DNA from: Richelia intracellularis HH01
GTDB lineage: Bacteria; Cyanobacteriota; Cyanobacteriia; Cyanobacteriales; Nostocaceae
DNA length: 32,000 bases
Direction of reading: 5' to 3'
Assembly: GCF_000350105.1 (NCBI RefSeq)
Contig: NZ_CAIY01000016.1
Span: 16,609 to 48,608 of the forward strand
In this document: positions 22,229-32,000 of the stretch, piece by piece
How positions within the stretch are numbered: position 1 is the first letter of the stretch
How the letters are laid out: each line of letters starts with the position of its first letter
Made by a program: the position numbers and the translations under genes
The notes under the pieces: generated by a model
Told to the model about the DNA's origin: nothing
The model's input: only the letters and a program-made list of their open reading frames with translations
Databases searched by the model: none

Positions 22229-23026
22229 ATGAAATTACTTATTAGTAACGATGATGGAATCTACGCTTTGGGAATTCGCACTCTGGCTAATACTTTAGCA
22301 AGAGCAGGTCATAAGGTCACTGTAGTCTGTCCTGACCGCGAGCGTTCTGCTACTGGACATGGTTTAACTTTGAACCAACCGATTAGAGCAGAGATTACTG
22401 ATTCTATCTTTCACCCTAGTATCAAGGCTTGGGCTTGTTCTGGCACACCTTCTGATTGTGTTAAATTGGCCCTGTGGGTTTTGTTAGATTCACTTCCAGA
22501 TTTGGTGTTATCTGGAATCAATCAAGGTGCTAATTTAGGCACAGAAATTCTTTATTCTGGAACCGTTGCTGCTGCTATGGAGGGAATTATTGAAGGCATT
22601 CCTAGTCTTGCCTTCAGCCTTGCTAGTCATACTAGCAAAGAGTTTCAGACTGCTGCAAACTTCGCAAAAATTTTAGTTGATAGGATTAAATCTCAGCCAT
22701 TATCAGACTTAATGTTACTCAATATCAATATCCCAGCAGTACCATGGTCAGACATTGCTGGTGCTGCCATTACTCACCAGGGAGTGCGTCGGTATGTCGA
22801 TGTATTTGATAAACGAGTAGATCCTCGAGGCAAAACTTACTACTGGCTTACAGGAGAAGTCATAGAGGATACGGAAACTCCTCAGGATGTAAATATTCCC
22901 AAAAACATACCTATTGATGTAGACGTGGTACGTAATAATTACATTAGTATTACACCCCTACAATACAACCTTACATATGGTGTTGGAATCAATCAGTTAA
23001 ATGAATGGAATTTACAGTTTAAGTAA
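22229..23026 (+). CDS. surE: 5'/3'-nucleotidase SurE
   Basis: 265-aa ORF beginning [20 protein letters not shown], with [14 protein letters not shown] and [25 protein letters not shown]. Confidence 0.97.
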   Translation: MKLLISNDDGIYALGIRTLANTLARAGHKVTVVCPDRERSATGHGLTLNQPIRAEITDSIFHPSIKAWACSGTPSDCVKLALWVLLDSLPDLVLSGINQGANLGTEILYSGTVAAAMEGIIEGIPSLAFSLASHTSKEFQTAANFAKILVDRIKSQPLSDLMLLNINIPAVPWSDIAGAAITHQGVRRYVDVFDKRVDPRGKTYYWLTGEVIEDTETPQDVNIPKNIPIDVDVVRNNYISITPLQYNLTYGVGINQLNEWNLQFK

Positions 23027-24207
23027 TTTTTATTTTTCCATAGACAGGACTTACACGAAAAAGATAATATTTTTATGAGAATACTTAAACTACATAATTG
23101 TTCACTATTCTTTTATAAAATAATAAGAGTATACATATAATTCCAGAAAAGTAGCAGTGATATCATACTCCAATAGTTTACTTTAAACATCATATCTAAC
23201 AGATATTACTTTATTATATTAATAATTATCATTTTTCTATTATCCCTTGAACTCTGATTATTCATAGTGGTGATTTTCTAATTAATCTACCCCTCAGTGA
23301 ATTGAATTTTATATAACCTATAAGCTCATTCATAATTTACCCAGATATTATAGTAGTTAAAAAAATGTTAATTTTTGATAGTATTGCGAGTATACAGATT
23401 TTCAGGAATCCCTGTTAATATAAATGTTTGTAGAGGTTAATTTCTTTTTTACCTGTACTTAATTGTGGGCAAATACAGGAATTTTTCCTTTTCACTACTG
23501 CTTTTTTAAAGAGGAATGAAATTCATATTTCTAGCATGAACTCTCTGTATATTGTTACTATGGTGGAAGACCTGAAGATCATACAAAAATATTATTTTTG
23601 TGAACACTTAAGGATGCTAATACTTTAATTTATGATTCCATCTTGTACAAATAAAGAGTGTATTTCACAAACACTATCTGAAACTAACTGGGTCATTCGG
23701 TATACCACGGAAATTTTAAGGGTACTATTTTTTCAAAATATAAGGACTTTGGTAATGAAAAATCACTGTCTTGCATATGATTAATGATAATTTTTCGAAT
23801 ACTATTGAGAATTAATAAGCAGAAAAATCCTCTGATTCAATTAAATTTAGGGAGATACTACTAGCACTTGTTATCCTAATTTCTATGCACGGATCAAACT
23901 TCCTCTTGTTCATGTTAATTAACATTAGCTTTAATGGCAACTATTAGTGTAATTCTAGATTTTAGATTAGATTGGTGATGGGGACTCATGGATGGTTTAT
24001 TGCAAAAGTATCACCTTAACTATAGCTGTTTAGGTAAAATTCAAGATGTAGTATAGCTCAGGTTTCAAAAGCGATGATTGATTTATCCCCTTTCCTATAG
24101 TGGGGTTTAGGGTTCAGTATAAATCCCTAATACATATGGTTATTGTTTTATCCGCTTTATCCTATTACTTTGTTACCTCTGAAAAAAATTACCTTCCCAG
24201 AATCGAC

Positions 24208-25194
24208 GTGCAAAATCTGTCTCAAAATGGGTTTTCTATATGGGTTGCTAATGCAACTAAATTGTCTCTTACTCCCACAGCTATTGCCCTCGGAAAATTT
24301 GATGGTATTCATCTCGGCCATCAAAAAGTTATTCAACCCATATTAGAAGGGCAAAACAGGGAAATTACAGATAAGATTTACTCGACTGTTGTGACATTTG
24401 ATCCTCATCCCCAACAATTTTTTAGTGGACAACCCCATAATTTATTAACACCCCTAGAAGAAAAAGTTGAACAGCTATGTTCACTAAAGGTGAAGCAATT
24501 AGTATTATTACCATTTGACAAAGAGTTATCTGCTCTCACCCCCACAGAATTTGTAGAAAAAATTCTAATTCAACAACTTAAAGCAGTAAGAATTAGTGTT
24601 GGGCAGGATTTTCGCTTTGGTTCTTGTCGTTTGGGTGCTGCTGAGGATTTACAAATAATTGCAGCTAAATATAATATCCCAGTACATATTGTGCCTTTGG
24701 CAGGTGATGAAGAGAACTCACCTATTAGTAGCACGACAATTCGTCAAGCTCTAAATCAAGGAGATATTATAAAAGCTAATCAATTACTAGGAAGAAAATA
24801 TACCCTAGTGGGCACAGTAGTAGAAGGAGAAAAGTTAGGTACAAATATTGGGTTTCCTACTGCTAACTTGGAATTACCGTCAGATAAGTTTTTACCGAAG
24901 AAAGGAGTTTATGCAGTACATGTTTCCATTACAAGTTCTACAGAAGAGAATGTATTAAAGAGTGATTACCGCGGAGTAATGAACATAGGCATTTGTCCTA
25001 CAGTCAATGGCACTCAAGTTTCGGTAGAGGTACACTTACTAGATTGGTCTGGAGATTTGTATGGAGAAAGATTACTAGTAAAAATAGAAAAATTTTTGCG
25101 TTCCGAACAAAAGTTTAACTCACTCAAAGCTTTAACTAACCAAATTCGCTGTGACTGTGACACGGCAAATAGTTTCTTCCAGTCCAGGTGTTAA
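24208..25194 (+). CDS. ribF: Bifunctional riboflavin kinase/FAD synthetase. The supplied ORF starts at 24100; an internal GTG at 24208 is the more likely start.
   Basis: ALGKFDGIHLGHQKVIQPIL, TFDPHPQQFF, RISVGQDFRFG and GRKYTLVGTVVEGEKLGTNIGFPTANLE. The first ~36 residues of the supplied ORF do not look family-like. Confidence 0.92.
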   Translation: MQNLSQNGFSIWVANATKLSLTPTAIALGKFDGIHLGHQKVIQPILEGQNREITDKIYSTVVTFDPHPQQFFSGQPHNLLTPLEEKVEQLCSLKVKQLVLLPFDKELSALTPTEFVEKILIQQLKAVRISVGQDFRFGSCRLGAAEDLQIIAAKYNIPVHIVPLAGDEENSPISSTTIRQALNQGDIIKANQLLGRKYTLVGTVVEGEKLGTNIGFPTANLELPSDKFLPKKGVYAVHVSITSSTEENVLKSDYRGVMNIGICPTVNGTQVSVEVHLLDWSGDLYGERLLVKIEKFLRSEQKFNSLKALTNQIRCDCDTANSFFQSRC

Positions 25195-27258
25195 TCTAGC
25201 CCCAAAATCCTAAGCCTAATAATTATTTGGTTAATAATAATGAAGTGTAGAATTACATCATTTTTCCATAATAAGGACATCTATTTTCTCATTTACCATG
25301 ATTGTTATATGAGAAAAATCAACTGTCTAAAAATATAGACTAGCTATTTAAAAAATGAGTAGAGGGGTTTCTCATGCAAATAGCTAAAAATATTCCTATT
25401 TTAGGGATAAGCATCCAATCACGTAGATTTATAAGAATGCAAATAATTATAAGTTTTTTTATGGAGATAACATCTAAACTTAAAACTTATTGTAATTAGT
25501 TATACTAACTATATAATTACAAACTTCAATAAGTGTAACCTTAAAAGAGTTAATAGTTAATATAGTTAAATTTTTCATAGATAATTGATAGTTATACTGG
25601 TTTATTTTTCTATAAGTATTTCATTAGCGAAATATACAGAAATTAACTAGGATTAATGATAACCAAAAAATGAGTGGGAAGTTCGTCTCTGCTAGGTATG
25701 AATAAAGCATTCTATATAGGATGCTAGAAGCAGGAAGTATGTGAGTATGATATTAACTAAATAAAAGAATAATCTATTGGGGAATACCAACCAATAGTAA
25801 AAATAAATAGGTTCATCTGGGAATAAAAAACCATACCTATCTGCATCTAGTACATATAGCTGTTAGTTTCCAGTATACTTTACTGTTAGAGAATAAGAGA
25901 TAGTAAAGAATTTCCGGTAAGCTTATAAAAATAACAAAGAACTAAGAAAGTACTGAATAAATGTTGGAGAATGTAGATGATAAACCATATGGAAATAGGA
26001 AATCTTAATACCCTAGTATCTCATATATTGAGCATTCACTGGGAAAAATTAATTTATTATGTTAATTTACCCATAATACTTCTAAAGTATTAGTACTTCA
26101 TGAAGCTTTAAATTTCTATTGAAGACTATCAAAACCCGGTAAGATAGAAATTAAATTATTTTACTGCATAACAAAAGCACATTTACAAACAAATGAAAAT
26201 ATTATATTAGAATGAGAGACTAATGAGTTTAAGAAAAACTAAACCATAGAGAATTTATAGAAAAATTATTAAATATATTAGGACAGGATAATAGTAAGTA
26301 TACTTAATAAAATGTTAATCTCAATATATTTAGGCTTAAAGAAACCCCAAAAGCAGTATAATATCTAAATAATAATAAAGGTAGTAAGCTGAACAAAAAA
26401 AGCAGAAATTAATATAATTATATTTGTTTTATAATAACAACTTAACAAGAGTAGAATCTGAGAATAATTCAGGAATAATCTTTCTCAAAAATTAGTCTAG
26501 GATTTTAATTACCTTTGAGTATCTAATACTTAACTGTCAATCTGCTATTTAAATAAAGCATAAAACTAGCTTCTCAAATAGATAAAACTTTTAAGTTTCA
26601 GCTTGATAATTCTGAGTTGTTTTTCGATAAATATGTTGTAAAAATATAAGTGTAGAAAATAGAGAGCTCTATGTCGCATAATTATCTTAATAACTTCATA
26701 GGAAAAAGATTAGATATGCATTTTATTAGAAAAGATATACTTGTTTTTTAATAAAAATATCTTTAATAAGATTGATTTCTCAAAAATAAAAATAAGGCTA
26801 GGATCTATAATTATTATTAGTAATTAATTAGCAATGAGTTATTTGGTAATAGTCTATTATTCATTAATTTAGATATGAATATAGCTATGAATGTAAAAGA
26901 CATTAAGATTAAATACAGAATTCTGTTGCTATTAACTAATTTGATAGTAATATTACTCTGCTAAACTTTTCAGAATTATCACAGTCTTTAAATGACTTAA
27001 TTATTTTTTTAAACCTTACTTAAATTAAATAAGCTATATAATTTAGGGTGTAAGATATGAGTGAGACTGGTATTCTAGATTTAGTATTAATGAGGACTAT
27101 TCTAGTTTGAAGTCAAGATATGATTAAAAATATGAATGAGATATGATAAACCACTGTTGATATCCTACAGAATATGTAAATAAAGTTCCCATAGAACTAT
27201 TTTAACTTTGCTATTTTATCGACTTATAATGCATATTTACCATATAATTAGGGGGTAA

Positions 27259-27404
27259 TTGTAAGTTTGCACTTAGTTATAATTAAAGCTCATAAATGTT
27301 TCATATTATACCCTGATAACGTCAGCATTCAAATATACAGGTGTTGTGCATTTTGTGCAAACTTATATATTAAATATGTCAAATGTTTTTTGTAAGTTTG
27401 CACT
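27259..27404. promoter_or_regulatory. Three copies of a GTAAGTTTGCAC-type motif upstream of the GTPase gene
   Basis: TTGTAAGTTTGCACT at 27259-27273 and 27390-27404 (direct repeats); GTGCAAACTTA at 27355-27365 (inverted). Confidence 0.5.
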
Positions 27405-27450
27405 ATTTATATTTTATAACTATTCCAATTCAAAACCGAAAACTGCCACC

Positions 27451-28803
27451 GTGTCCAGTAATCAACAAGAAAGCCATCTAAATCGTGCCCGGGCCAGTAT
27501 TAAATTTATCCTATCTTGGCACAGTAATTTACGTAAACCAGGCAAAACATTATCAGATTTAGGATTAATCGGTTTAGTAAAACCATATCTAGATACTTTA
27601 ATTTTTTCCCTCAATAAACTTAACTCCAAAGTAATTCGGATTAGTGCTTTTGGCTTGGTAAGCCGGGGTAAATCTGCAGTGTTGAATGCCTTATTGGGAG
27701 AAAAAATTTTACAAACTGGACCCCTTCATGGTGTTACCCAATATCCTCGTTCTGTATATTGGCATCCGGGGGGAAAAGTACAGTTAGAATTAGTTGATAC
27801 TCCTGGCTTAGATGAAATTGGGGGGGAATCCAGAGCACAGATGGCTCGGGAAGTTTCCTGTCAAGCTGATTTAATTTTATTTGTGGTTTCTGGTGATATT
27901 ACTCACACTGAGTATCAAGCTTTACAGGAATTAAGGCAATTACAAAAACCATTAATTCTAGTTTTCAATAAAATTGATTTATATCCAGACATGGATCGGC
28001 GGAAGATATACCATAAGTTGAAACAGTTAGGTAAGGCTAATCAACAAAGTCAGCTCCTACGACCTGATGAAGTTGTCATGGTTGCGGCTGAACCTGCACC
28101 CATAGAAGTCAGGGTAGAATTTACTGATGGTACCGTGGATTATAAATGGGAGACTCCACCATCCCAGGTAGAAAGCTTAAAGCAGGTAATTTTAAAGATT
28201 CTTAATCGTGAGGGGCAATCACTACTAGCTCTAAATGCTTTAATACAAGCACGTGACGCATCATCTGCAATTGCAGCAAAAACCATAGAAATTCATGCTG
28301 GTCAAGCAGAAGATTTAATTTGGCAATTTGCTAAATATAAAGCTCTTACAGTTGCATTGAACCCTATTGCTGTATTAGACGTTCTAGGTGGTATGATGGC
28401 GGACTTGGTACTAGTTCGCTCCTTATCACGACTATATGGCCTACCCATGACTGGCTATGAGGCAGGAAAATTATTGAGAACGATTTTAGTGGGTTCTGGA
28501 GGAATACTACTTAGTGAAATTGGCAGCAATTTGTTGCTTGGTTTAAATAAAAGTACAATTGCAATTACATATGGGGGTAATCATGCAAATATTACAACTT
28601 ATATCAGTGCAGCAGTAACCCAAGCTGGGATTGCTGGATATAGCTCTTATGCAGTAGGGAAAGCAACGCAAGCATATCTGGAAAGAGGATGTAATTGGGG
28701 GAAACTAGGTGCAAGTAGTATTATAACCGAAATATTAGCAGAGGTAGAACATAATACGATTCTACATCGCTTACATCAGGAGTTATCTTTAAAAAATCGA
28801 TAG
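27451..28803 (+). CDS. Era-like/dynamin-type small GTPase with a C-terminal membrane-associated (DUF697-like) region. The supplied ORF starts at 27346; GTG at 27451 is the likelier start.
   Basis: G1 GLVSRGKSAVLNALLG, G3 ELVDTPGLDEIG, G4 LVFNKIDL, and a hydrophobic glycine-rich C-terminal half. Confidence 0.9.
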   Translation: MSSNQQESHLNRARASIKFILSWHSNLRKPGKTLSDLGLIGLVKPYLDTLIFSLNKLNSKVIRISAFGLVSRGKSAVLNALLGEKILQTGPLHGVTQYPRSVYWHPGGKVQLELVDTPGLDEIGGESRAQMAREVSCQADLILFVVSGDITHTEYQALQELRQLQKPLILVFNKIDLYPDMDRRKIYHKLKQLGKANQQSQLLRPDEVVMVAAEPAPIEVRVEFTDGTVDYKWETPPSQVESLKQVILKILNREGQSLLALNALIQARDASSAIAAKTIEIHAGQAEDLIWQFAKYKALTVALNPIAVLDVLGGMMADLVLVRSLSRLYGLPMTGYEAGKLLRTILVGSGGILLSEIGSNLLLGLNKSTIAITYGGNHANITTYISAAVTQAGIAGYSSYAVGKATQAYLERGCNWGKLGASSIITEILAEVEHNTILHRLHQELSLKNR

Positions 28804-30814
28804 TTTAAGATTGATACCAAAATCAGACGTCATCATTTGAGAATATATTATTATCTTTATCTAGAATTGGGAAAATAATCCATATATAAACAACAAAGTA
28901 TTTCCAAAATTTAGTTTCTATTAATTTAGATATGAGAATCACTCACCCTCATAGACCTAGAAAACAGTAGATTATACTACCTTACTAGGAGGTAAATATC
29001 CATACAATATAAATTGTTGATGCTAAATAATTAGTAGATGCGCTGTATTGGTTAAGAATTTTACATCAGAATATTTTCTATTTTGGTTACAGTTACAACA
29101 TGATTACAAAATTCTTGAAATTGTTCTGATTATTACTTCATATGTTCTTTTAGTGTACTTGAGTGCAACCCATAAATATTCAATTGAATTTAAGGTGAGT
29201 AAGTCATGCGGGAGAATAACAAATCTCATATCTCTCCTTTTCTATAAGTTCATTTATTACTTGGAAATAGTTAAGAGCTATATTTTATAATAACAAGAAA
29301 AATATCCAGGGGAAGATCTAGTAAAAGAGAATACCTATTATCTCAAATAAAAAATCATGTTTTCAACCCAAATTGAAAGTAATTGTGGTAAGTACTTTTG
29401 CTGGTTTATTTATAGAAATACCATTAACTTATTCAGTAGACAGTTTAGAAAATTCCTATACATATTTTATCTTATTTATATAAGATAATTGACTTATTTG
29501 GTTTGTTATTACAATTATTAAAATTTGATTTCCTTTTATACATTATGATTATGTATTTTAAAACTAATACTCCAAGCTTCTTGCAAAAATAGCTTGTATT
29601 GTAAGATATGACATTAATCCGCCTCTACCTTTTTTAGAAACTTGCGAAATCATTCTCAAGCATTAACTTTGTGAAAATATATTCATAAAAGTTAACTATT
29701 GATTTTTATGATTTTTATTCCTTCTTTTTTCTATGAGCAAAAAGTTTAATATATTCAGTCTTAGATAAGATATACAACACATACCTATTTTGCTTATCAA
29801 TTTGCTATTTTAATTGGCTTAACATGCAATTTATGCTTGTAGGATCACTACATTTATTAATTATCTCTTGCTGTCAATGATGATTGAGATAGTCATAAAT
29901 TACTTGGTAAAAGATAAAGAAAATCCAGATATATGCCTATATATAAATTAATACAATAATGAAATATCTGAAAATATTACAGTTACAAATACCCAGCTTA
30001 CAAGCATCTATATTAGAAACCATAAGATAATAATATAAATAATGTTTACATTTATTAATGAAGATTTCACTAGAGATTAAAGTATTGAATTAAAGAAAAT
30101 ATTCATATCTTGGTGAACTAAATATTTTTTTAGAAGGATTATCTCTATGAAAATTATTTTTGTATAAATTATCAATTATTCATAGGTTAATGCAATATAC
30201 ATAACTAAAATAAAATAAGTCAATTTACATTTATTTAACCTATGTTAAGCAAATACAATAATAGCAATAGATATAAATAAATAAAAATACTAATTACAAC
30301 TGACTAAACTCTGGCAAGTATCAATACTCAGTAAGTATAAATATTAAGTTGTGAAATTCATTCACTAAGTATTAAAGCATATTAAAAGTAAGGTTATTTG
30401 TAATAACTATGTTGCTTTTTATTCATGAAATTGTAATATATATAGTATATAAATACCGGTTAATTTATTTTGAATCTAAATTATTAGTAAAACAAAAATA
30501 CTCTTATTCTCAGTATATTTTTATATCCTATCAACAATAAAATAGGCTGTTTAGTTTAACTCTCTTATAAACTAGGGAATTGAGACTTACATGTATACTT
30601 GGCTGTTTTTGACATTAATCTCTTAATACTGATATCAGTGATATATACATCTAACTTACTAATCTAATGACTTGGTATAAATACAAATATTATTTACAAG
30701 ATAATTTTTTGGATCAGAAGTAAATAATTCACTGATAAATTTTTTAAAACTCAGAAGTGATATGAACTGGTTTAATCTGTTAATTGAATTAACTTGATCC
30801 ATAGTGATAAATAA

Positions 30815-31504
30815 ATGCTAAGAATAATTACAGACTTCGATGGTCCTATTATTGATGTATCTGAGCGCTACTATCGTGTTTATCTAATTTGTTTGGATAG
30901 AATTCAGAATCCTGGACAAAAAGTAATAAAACTCAACAAAGCTGAGTTTTGGCAGCTAAAGCGATCACGTGTTTCCGAAATACAGATTGGAGTAATTTCC
31001 GGATTAGATGCATTACAAGCTCAAAACTTCTCTCACATGAGAGGAAAATTGGTACATACACAACCCTACTTCCATTATGACTGCTTAGCTAGTGGGGCAT
31101 TGGATACTCTATTGAAAATTAAACAAGTCGGAATAGATTTAGTTGTAATGACCATGCGTAGAGTTAGAGAGCTAAATTATGCATTTGATCAATATAATTT
31201 GGGTCAGTTTTTCCGGAAAGATTGCTGTTATTGCCTAAGTAATGATCATGTTAAAGTGGGTGACATAAAAGATAAGACGCTGCTTATGTCACAGGCCTTA
31301 AAAGAGTTACCACCAGCTTGCAATACTTGGATGATTGGAGATACAGAAGCGGATATTGTAGCGGCACAAACATTTGGAATAAAAGTAATAGCAGTAGAAT
31401 CTGGTATCCGCGACAATAACCAACTACAAAAAGAAGCACCAGACTCAATTGTTAAGGATTTTAATTCCGCACTCAAATTAATTTTAGAACAGTCGCCATT
31501 ATAA
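30815..31504 (+). CDS. HAD-superfamily hydrolase
   Basis: 229-aa ORF with N-terminal RIITDFDGPIID, VVMTMRR and C-terminal WMIGDTEADIVAAQTFGIKVIAVESG. Confidence 0.85.
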   Translation: MLRIITDFDGPIIDVSERYYRVYLICLDRIQNPGQKVIKLNKAEFWQLKRSRVSEIQIGVISGLDALQAQNFSHMRGKLVHTQPYFHYDCLASGALDTLLKIKQVGIDLVVMTMRRVRELNYAFDQYNLGQFFRKDCCYCLSNDHVKVGDIKDKTLLMSQALKELPPACNTWMIGDTEADIVAAQTFGIKVIAVESGIRDNNQLQKEAPDSIVKDFNSALKLILEQSPL

Positions 31505-31582
31505 TAAGAGAGATTGATAGAAAACGATGTGTAAATTAAATACTACTCCTTTCATCAAATTATTTCAGATATAAATTTTAGG

Positions 31583-32000
31583 TCAACGTAAAAAACTACT
31601 AACCAACCACAACAGGATAAAACTAACTATTGTGGAAAACTGATTCACTGCTAAATTTAGAGAACTCAAGTGTGAAGATAATAGACTTGCAGTCAACTCT
31701 CCGCTAACTAAACCAAAAACCAGGGTAAATAAGGCTATTAAAACTGATCTACCTAGCTTACCTTCTTTACGATTAATAAAGTAAATGCTAACTCCTATAC
31801 CAGATATCAATACTAGCTGAAGTACAACATCACTGCCAGTAGGATAAAACAAACTTATTGCACTCAAACCCGCAAACCATAATCCCGGCAAAATTACATC
31901 CGCAGATGAAGGCTGAGCTAATATTTTCTGGAACCATCTATGAGATTGTTCTCGGGGCAATGATGTTTCCTTTGGTAATACTTGAACTAATCTTTCCGGA
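31583..32000 (-). CDS. Hypothetical membrane protein, 5' end cut by the window edge
   Basis: The supplied ORF begins with TTG at 31960, but the frame stays open to base 32000 and reads PERLVQVLPKETSLPREQSHRWFQK. Three to four hydrophobic segments. Confidence 0.7.
   Translation of the reverse strand, partial: PERLVQVLPKETSLPREQSHRWFQKILAQPSSADVILPGLWFAGLSAISLFYPTGSDVVLQLVLISGIGVSIYFINRKEGKLGRSVLIALFTLVFGLVSGELTASLLSSHLSSLNLAVNQFSTIVSFILLWLVSSFLR

Noticed and set aside
24143-24346. 67-aa + ORF overlapping the ribF start
   Set aside because: Alternative frame of ribF with no recognisable features.
25706-25725. Near-palindrome AGCATTCTATATAGGATGCT
   Set aside because: Only 10-bp arms with a mismatch. 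Expected occasionally by chance in AT-rich sequence.
29048-29290. 80-aa minus ORF
   Set aside because: Hydrophobic, AT-driven composition typical of spurious ORFs in this kind of DNA. Cannot be supported without homology.
31246-31476. 76-aa minus ORF within the HAD hydrolase
   Set aside because: Antisense to a recognisable gene.

Overview
This looks like an ordinary chromosomal window from an AT-rich, filamentous/heterocystous-type cyanobacterium. That lineage is my inference from gene content and protein style, not a database result. Coding density is low: about 47% by summing credible ORFs, with intergenic gaps of 1-3 kb. Recognisable genes are a YggT-family protein, a YtxH-like protein, upp, a CrtH-type carotenoid isomerase, an SDR oxidoreductase, a photosystem II S4-domain/YlmH-like protein, glgA, hemC, a solitary C5-cytosine DNA methyltransferase, pheS, surE, ribF, an Era-like GTPase with a C-terminal membrane region, and a HAD hydrolase. 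Two tRNA genes (Val-GAC and Gln-TTG) are on the minus strand. I find no convincing new multi-gene system, mobile element, CRISPR array or defence island. The better second-look items are: (1) several long, (near-)perfect inverted repeats with unrelated sequences in otherwise decayed-looking intergenic DNA; (2) three copies of a GTAAGTTTGCAC-type motif immediately upstream of the GTPase gene; (3) an orphan cytosine methyltransferase with no adjacent nuclease, in a window where I see no HIP1/CGATCG site; (4) probable start-site errors for ribF and the GTPase; (5) short protein-like fragments in the long gaps; (6) a 9-bp tandem repeat. All counts and repeat searches were done by eye.
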